In this document: positions 59,901 to 64,000 of the stretch, in pieces | Numbering within the stretch: position 1 is the first letter of the stretch | Layout: the number at the start of each line of letters is the position of its first letter | NCBI GenBank assembly: GCA_016700095.1 | Contig: CP065002.1 | Coordinates: 240,463 to 304,462 of the forward strand | DNA: 64,000 nucleotides | Direction: 5' to 3' | Source of the DNA: Candidatus Woesebacteria bacterium | GTDB taxonomy: Bacteria; Patescibacteriota; Microgenomatia; UBA8517 | Position numbers and translations under genes: made by a program | Notes under the pieces: generated by a model | The model's input: only the letters and a program-made list of their open reading frames with translations | Database searches by the model: none | What the model was told of the DNA's origin: nothing

Positions 59901-60013
59901 TTTAAACTTTCCGAAAGCCGTGGACTATATTATTGCACGAATGAAGGGAAGCCGTAAACAAACTCTTCGAAGAGAACCGAGGGTTCTCAATCCTGGGTTT
60001 TCTATTCAGACTT
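59901..60013 (+). promoter_or_regulatory. conserved roughly 112-nt structured leader element, copy 2 (upstream of LysM-M23 peptidase)
   Basis: see 12800-12910. Confidence 0.5.
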
Positions 60014-60182
60014 CGCGAAAACCATGTACCAGTAAGCGTGGCTCAAGCACAGAAGCGAAAATACTCTTTTCAAATAATCTGTTAGTAAACCAAGATCTTT
60101 TAGATTGTGGATGTTTGTTAACGAGGTAATTTAAACTATGCAACATTGACCGTAAAGGCTTCACGGGTTAATATACCATTGC

Positions 60183-61322
60183 ATGAGAAAAAAGCGCTAT
60201 TTGTTTGTGTTTAGTGTATTAAATATAAGCAAGAAAAACTTGATTATCCTTGGACGTGATCTAAGAGAGTTCTCAGTTGAATTTTCCCAATTTTTAATCA
60301 AGCATGTAAATTTGTCATTTATCAAATTTGAATCGGTTAAGGGAATATTTGTAGCTGTGCTATATAAAAAACGAGGCAAACATACACGTGCCTTTATGCA
60401 CTCGGGGATGGCATCACTTGCTATGGTTGGCATTATGATTGCACCTGTTATCGCTGAAGAGTTCCCCGGTACAAGTGTAGATCCTTGGGGCATTCCTACG
60501 GCTTCGACTATTCTATCTGCAACGAGCCAAGACCCGGCAACGGGAACTCTTGTATCCGATAAAGTACGCGACGGAATAATCGATTATAGCGTTCAGGATG
60601 GCGATACTGTAAGTAGCGTTGCGAATAAGTTTGGTATAGATATAAATACGATATTATGGCAAAACGATTTAACTTCAAAAAGTACAATAAAACCAGGACA
60701 AACATTGCAAATTCTTCCTGTTTCCGGAGTTTCTCATAAGGTCATAAAAGGTGACACGATCTATTCGATTGCCAAAAAATACGATGCAGATGCTCAGCCG
60801 ATTGTTAATTTTCCCTTTAATACATTTACAAATGACGAAACTTTCGAGCTTGCAATCGGTCAAATAATAATTGTTCCTGAGGGTATTAGGAAATCCTCAG
60901 GAGTTCCGGCAATTCCTAGAATTCGCCAACTCACACCTGATGCCGGAACGGTTGTTGCGTCTGGGCGATTTGTGTGGCCCGCTTCAGGATCGATTACTCA
61001 GAATTTCGCTTGGTATCATAAGGGTTTGGATATAGCCAATAGAGCAGCTCCAAATATATTGGCTGCAGACGCTGGAGTCGTAGTTGTAGCCGGATGGCCG
61101 GATTCATATGGATATGGTAACCGAGTTGTTGTTGACCATCAAAATGGATATAAAACTCTCTATGCGCATCTGTCGCAAATTTTTGTGCAAGTTGGACAAA
61201 GGGTAAACACAGGTGATGCAGTCGGGAGAATGGGGAGTACGGGAAGATCAACAGGAACACATCTGCATTTCGAAGTGATACAAAGTGGCGTTCAAATAAA
61301 TCCCTTGAACGTACTTCGCTAG
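60183..61322 (+). CDS. LysM-domain M23 family metallopeptidase (cell-wall hydrolase)
   Basis: two LysM motifs (GDTVSSVANKFGI, GDTIYSIAKKY) and M23 motifs HKGLDIA, GYGNRVVVDH, GSTGRSTGTHLHFEV; true start probably the internal ATG near 60399. Confidence 0.8.
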   Translation: MRKKRYLFVFSVLNISKKNLIILGRDLREFSVEFSQFLIKHVNLSFIKFESVKGIFVAVLYKKRGKHTRAFMHSGMASLAMVGIMIAPVIAEEFPGTSVDPWGIPTASTILSATSQDPATGTLVSDKVRDGIIDYSVQDGDTVSSVANKFGIDINTILWQNDLTSKSTIKPGQTLQILPVSGVSHKVIKGDTIYSIAKKYDADAQPIVNFPFNTFTNDETFELAIGQIIIVPEGIRKSSGVPAIPRIRQLTPDAGTVVASGRFVWPASGSITQNFAWYHKGLDIANRAAPNILAADAGVVVVAGWPDSYGYGNRVVVDHQNGYKTLYAHLSQIFVQVGQRVNTGDAVGRMGSTGRSTGTHLHFEVIQSGVQINPLNVLR

Positions 61323-61575
61323 ATGATGTTTAAGTATTCATATTAATTTAAAGGCAAACCACGTGATTTAGTTGATCGCAACTAATTAAAATGAACCATA
61401 GAAACGAGATTTTGAAATTCTAAGACCGTTGGGTCGAGGATGGTTTATAATTGTTCCAGAAAGCCTAAGAGCGATAAGCTTGTTAGGTGAATTGAACATT
61501 TCAAATCTTGTTAAAGGGACAAGCCTTGACAGTCCCGACTAAAAGGTCGTGAGTAGTTTATAATACAAAATACAA

Positions 61576-61648
61576 GGGCCGTTAGCTCAGTTGGTAGAGC
61601 GTACGCTTCGCATGCGTAAGATCACCGGTTCGATTCCGGTACGGTCCA
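61576..61648 (+). tRNA. tRNA-Ala (anticodon CGC) with G3:U70
   Basis: acceptor gggccgt/acggtcc, anticodon loop tTCGCat, T-loop ttcgatt. Confidence 0.75.
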
Positions 61649-61870
61649 CACCTTGACTTAGCAGTTGTTTTATACGAAACTGCGAATAGATATTCTTTGC
61701 AAATTACTGCCTCAAAGAAATTCGAAAGAGTGTAAGTTTATCATTTTTAAATCATACCGCCTTAGCGTTGATACGAGAAAAAGTTATATGTCAAGAAATC
61801 TTTAACAAAGTATGAAATGACAAGATTCCTCGCACAATAACTTGCGGGATATACTCTGCCCATATTTATT

Positions 61871-62098
61871 ATGTTGTATTGGGCGATGTTTACAGCAGGT
61901 TATATTATTGGAGCATTTTTTGTTCTATATTTATTTCTGCGGAAAGAAAAAACCGAAAGTATTGATTTGAAGCTTCACGGTAATAATAAATCAGACAATG
62001 CATGGAAAATGCACGCAAAACTTGTACGAATAAATACTTATACACATAGAACTAAAGATAGGGCAGAGGATTACTATTCTGTTAGTACTTTGGATTAA
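61871..62098 (+). CDS. hypothetical small membrane protein
   Basis: ORF track. Confidence 0.3.
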   Translation: MLYWAMFTAGYIIGAFFVLYLFLRKEKTESIDLKLHGNNKSDNAWKMHAKLVRINTYTHRTKDRAEDYYSVSTLD

Positions 62099-62372
62099 CA
62101 GTAATTAGATAAGCTTCATTATAAATATCTTTCAAATTTATCACTTTTTATTTAGCCACTTAAGCGACAAGCTTGTGAGATGAAGAAATTTACGACGCAG
62201 TCTCAAAAGAACGAGGTAAGCTAGAAGACGTTCGCTTATGGGTGATTTTGATCACGGTTATCTTGAATACATATAATTTCCACCTCCTCACGTTTAATCG
62301 TGGATTATTAGATTTATTAAATTAAGCAACCGCAACTTGCAAAAGGTCGGCTAATTGTTAACAATTAGCCCA

Positions 62373-64000
62373 ATGTACTTTCCACAAACATCCCTCCTTC
62401 CGGCAACAATAACTATTGCCAATTTTGTTAAATCACATGGACTTGAAGCATTTGGTATGTGGTACAAAAATTGGTATTTAGGTGTTCCTTTTAGAAATAT
62501 TGCCGATCCATTATTGCCCATAATTACTGTTGGCATACAAAAACTGATATCTTACTTTACTATAAGTGATATTACGATATATATAATCATATTAGCATAT
62601 ATCGGATCAATAATAGGGTGGGTGATGTTTACTTACTATATTTCAAAAAACAAACTGCTACCAGTTTTGGTTTTTCTATTCCTTGTATTATTACCTTGGC
62701 GGATTTTTTCTACTATTTATTTCATGGATGGGGCAAGTAGTGTTGCAAAAAGTTTTATCCCCTTGGTGTTTTTAAGCGTTTGGTTTGCATTATCAAAAAA
62801 GGGAATGCAACATATCGTGTTTTCACTTATTTCCTTGATTACAATACTTCTTATTAGTACTTCTATAATCCCGGGATTGTTAGTTGGTTTAATATCTCTG
62901 TCGGCAGTGAGCGCTTATAAAAAGGGTAAATTGGTAAATTTGAAGACCAACATTGTTTTCGTAGTGAAACTCTTGATTGTTTCGCTTGTGATTGTAACGT
63001 TGTGGTATAAGCCCTTGTATTGGATAACTTTATTGTCAAATCCTTCTTTGGGTGGTAATTCTTTCGTTAAAGTAATTGCAGGGATATTTAGTTTAACAAA
63101 ATCCATATTACCCGCAACACTTGCGGTATTTATGGTTCATCATGCGAAACGAGTAAGAAACCGCCTAACTATCTTTTTTCTAATTTGGATAGCTGCGTTT
63201 TCGATACTTTTTTCCTATAGATTTTTCGCAGATTATGATTTCTGGCAAGATTGGTCAGGGTGGATTTATGAAATTGAAATAGGCATAGCGGGTCTTTGTG
63301 CAATTATTCTCAATTCGATAATTACAGATATTAGGAAAGGAGGACGCATAAGTGGTATCGGGAAAATAGTACTAACAGTAGTTTTGCTTGCCTTGATACC
63401 ATATGCACTTGTCTGGAGGTTTAATAGTGCGTTGGCGTCGGGTTTGTCATCCAAACAGGGGTTAAATATAAACAACTTTTCAAAAGAATTAAACACACAG
63501 ATACCAAGCAGAGTCTTTGTGTCGGGGACAAACACCTTCGTCCTAAACACCCTAATTGACATGGAGCAGGTAAGAGGGGGCAAAGATCAAGCTGCTACTC
63601 ATCCTTACTGGAATCATGCAGCATATCAATTAAGAGAAGGTAGTGATCCCGAATTGTCGAGATTGTGGCTTCAGGCACTGGGTGTAAGTTTTGTGATTGT
63701 AAATACGGGTGAGTCTGATGATTTTTACAAAGATTTTAAGTATTTACATAAGTGGGAAAAAATTGGCAATCTGGTAAGAGAAGGAAACGGAGATAAATTG
63801 TATTTTATCAAAGATGCCGACATCGCTTGGTCGATAAATCCCCAAAAAACAATTAAGCCTGAGAGAGATAATTACGAAATTGCTCTGAGAGAGTATCTCT
63901 TGCAGAGGATTGAGCCGCTTGTGGTTACCGATTTGGATAATGGATATGCGATTCAAGTTCACACCGGCACTAAAGCAGTACAACTTGCGGTAAGTTATAA
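62373..64000 (+). CDS. large polytopic membrane protein, possibly GT-C-like glycosyltransferase/YfhO-like (partial, continues beyond window)
   Basis: ORF open from ATG 62373 to window end with no in-frame stop (hand-translated); more than 10 hydrophobic segments; not in the ORF track because no stop within the window. Confidence 0.55.
   Translation, partial: MYFPQTSLLPATITIANFVKSHGLEAFGMWYKNWYLGVPFRNIADPLLPIITVGIQKLISYFTISDITIYIIILAYIGSIIGWVMFTYYISKNKLLPVLVFLFLVLLPWRIFSTIYFMDGASSVAKSFIPLVFLSVWFALSKKGMQHIVFSLISLITILLISTSIIPGLLVGLISLSAVSAYKKGKLVNLKTNIVFVVKLLIVSLVIVTLWYKPLYWITLLSNPSLGGNSFVKVIAGIFSLTKSILPATLAVFMVHHAKRVRNRLTIFFLIWIAAFSILFSYRFFADYDFWQDWSGWIYEIEIGIAGLCAIILNSIITDIRKGGRISGIGKIVLTVVLLALIPYALVWRFNSALASGLSSKQGLNINNFSKELNTQIPSRVFVSGTNTFVLNTLIDMEQVRGGKDQAATHPYWNHAAYQLREGSDPELSRLWLQALGVSFVIVNTGESDDFYKDFKYLHKWEKIGNLVREGNGDKLYFIKDADIAWSINPQKTIKPERDNYEIALREYLLQRIEPLVVTDLDNGYAIQVHTGTKAVQLAVSY

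Noticed and set aside
61537-61566. Sigma-70-type promoter for tRNA-Ala(CGC) (TTGACA ... TTATAAT)
   Set aside because: Spacing between the hexamers is about 27 nt, far from the 16-18 nt optimum. It was not called as a promoter.

Overview
The window reads as an AT-rich, gene-dense bacterial segment with many hallmarks of Candidate Phyla Radiation / Patescibacteria-like genomes. These include a 16S with mismatches at the universal 515 primer site, rRNA genes carrying intervening sequences, and many small secreted proteins. Compact housekeeping content sits alongside a fragmented rRNA locus and apparently foreign DNA.

Housekeeping genes I recognise: an MGMT-like DNA-repair protein, an M32 carboxypeptidase, thioredoxin with thioredoxin reductase flanked by two DsbA-like proteins, and a heavy-metal-binding MauE/DoxX fusion. 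Also two SpoU-family methyltransferases, TypA/BipA, a DedA-family protein, ribosomal protein S1, RadA, Rho, a LysM-M23 peptidase, an LPXTG protein with its sortase, and a TrbC-like pilin-domain protein.

RNA genes: 16S at about 26955-28947, 23S at about 44861-48165, 5S at about 48294-48408, and six tRNAs (Glu-TTC, Lys-TTT, Gln-TTG, Ile-GAT on the minus strand, Ala-TGC, Ala-CGC).

The most unusual features are:
- The 16S carries a roughly 430-nt hairpin intervening sequence that encodes a four-helix-bundle protein, plus a second helix expansion.
- The 23S carries at least four short hairpin intervening sequences that share an AACAA/TTGTT motif.
- The 16S-23S spacer is expanded to about 16 kb and filled with compositionally foreign genes (GC-rich surface protein, hicAB, a VirB4/T4CP-like ATPase with a prion-like tail, Tat-signal HExxH proteins), long non-coding gaps, dispersed CTA/TAGGAATT-rich repeats and an inverted tRNA-Ile.
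- Three independent tRNA genes (Glu, Gln, Ala-TGC) are each preceded by a tandem array whose units begin with the exact 5' end of the downstream tRNA (7, 13 and 19 nt). One unit of the Gln array carries a small GIY-YIG nuclease gene flanked by the duplicated tRNA 5' fragment.
- A conserved roughly 112-nt structured element occurs twice as a 5' leader of unrelated genes.

All coordinates for RNA genes, repeats and intervening sequences were read by eye and are approximate to a few nucleotides. Nothing was computed.
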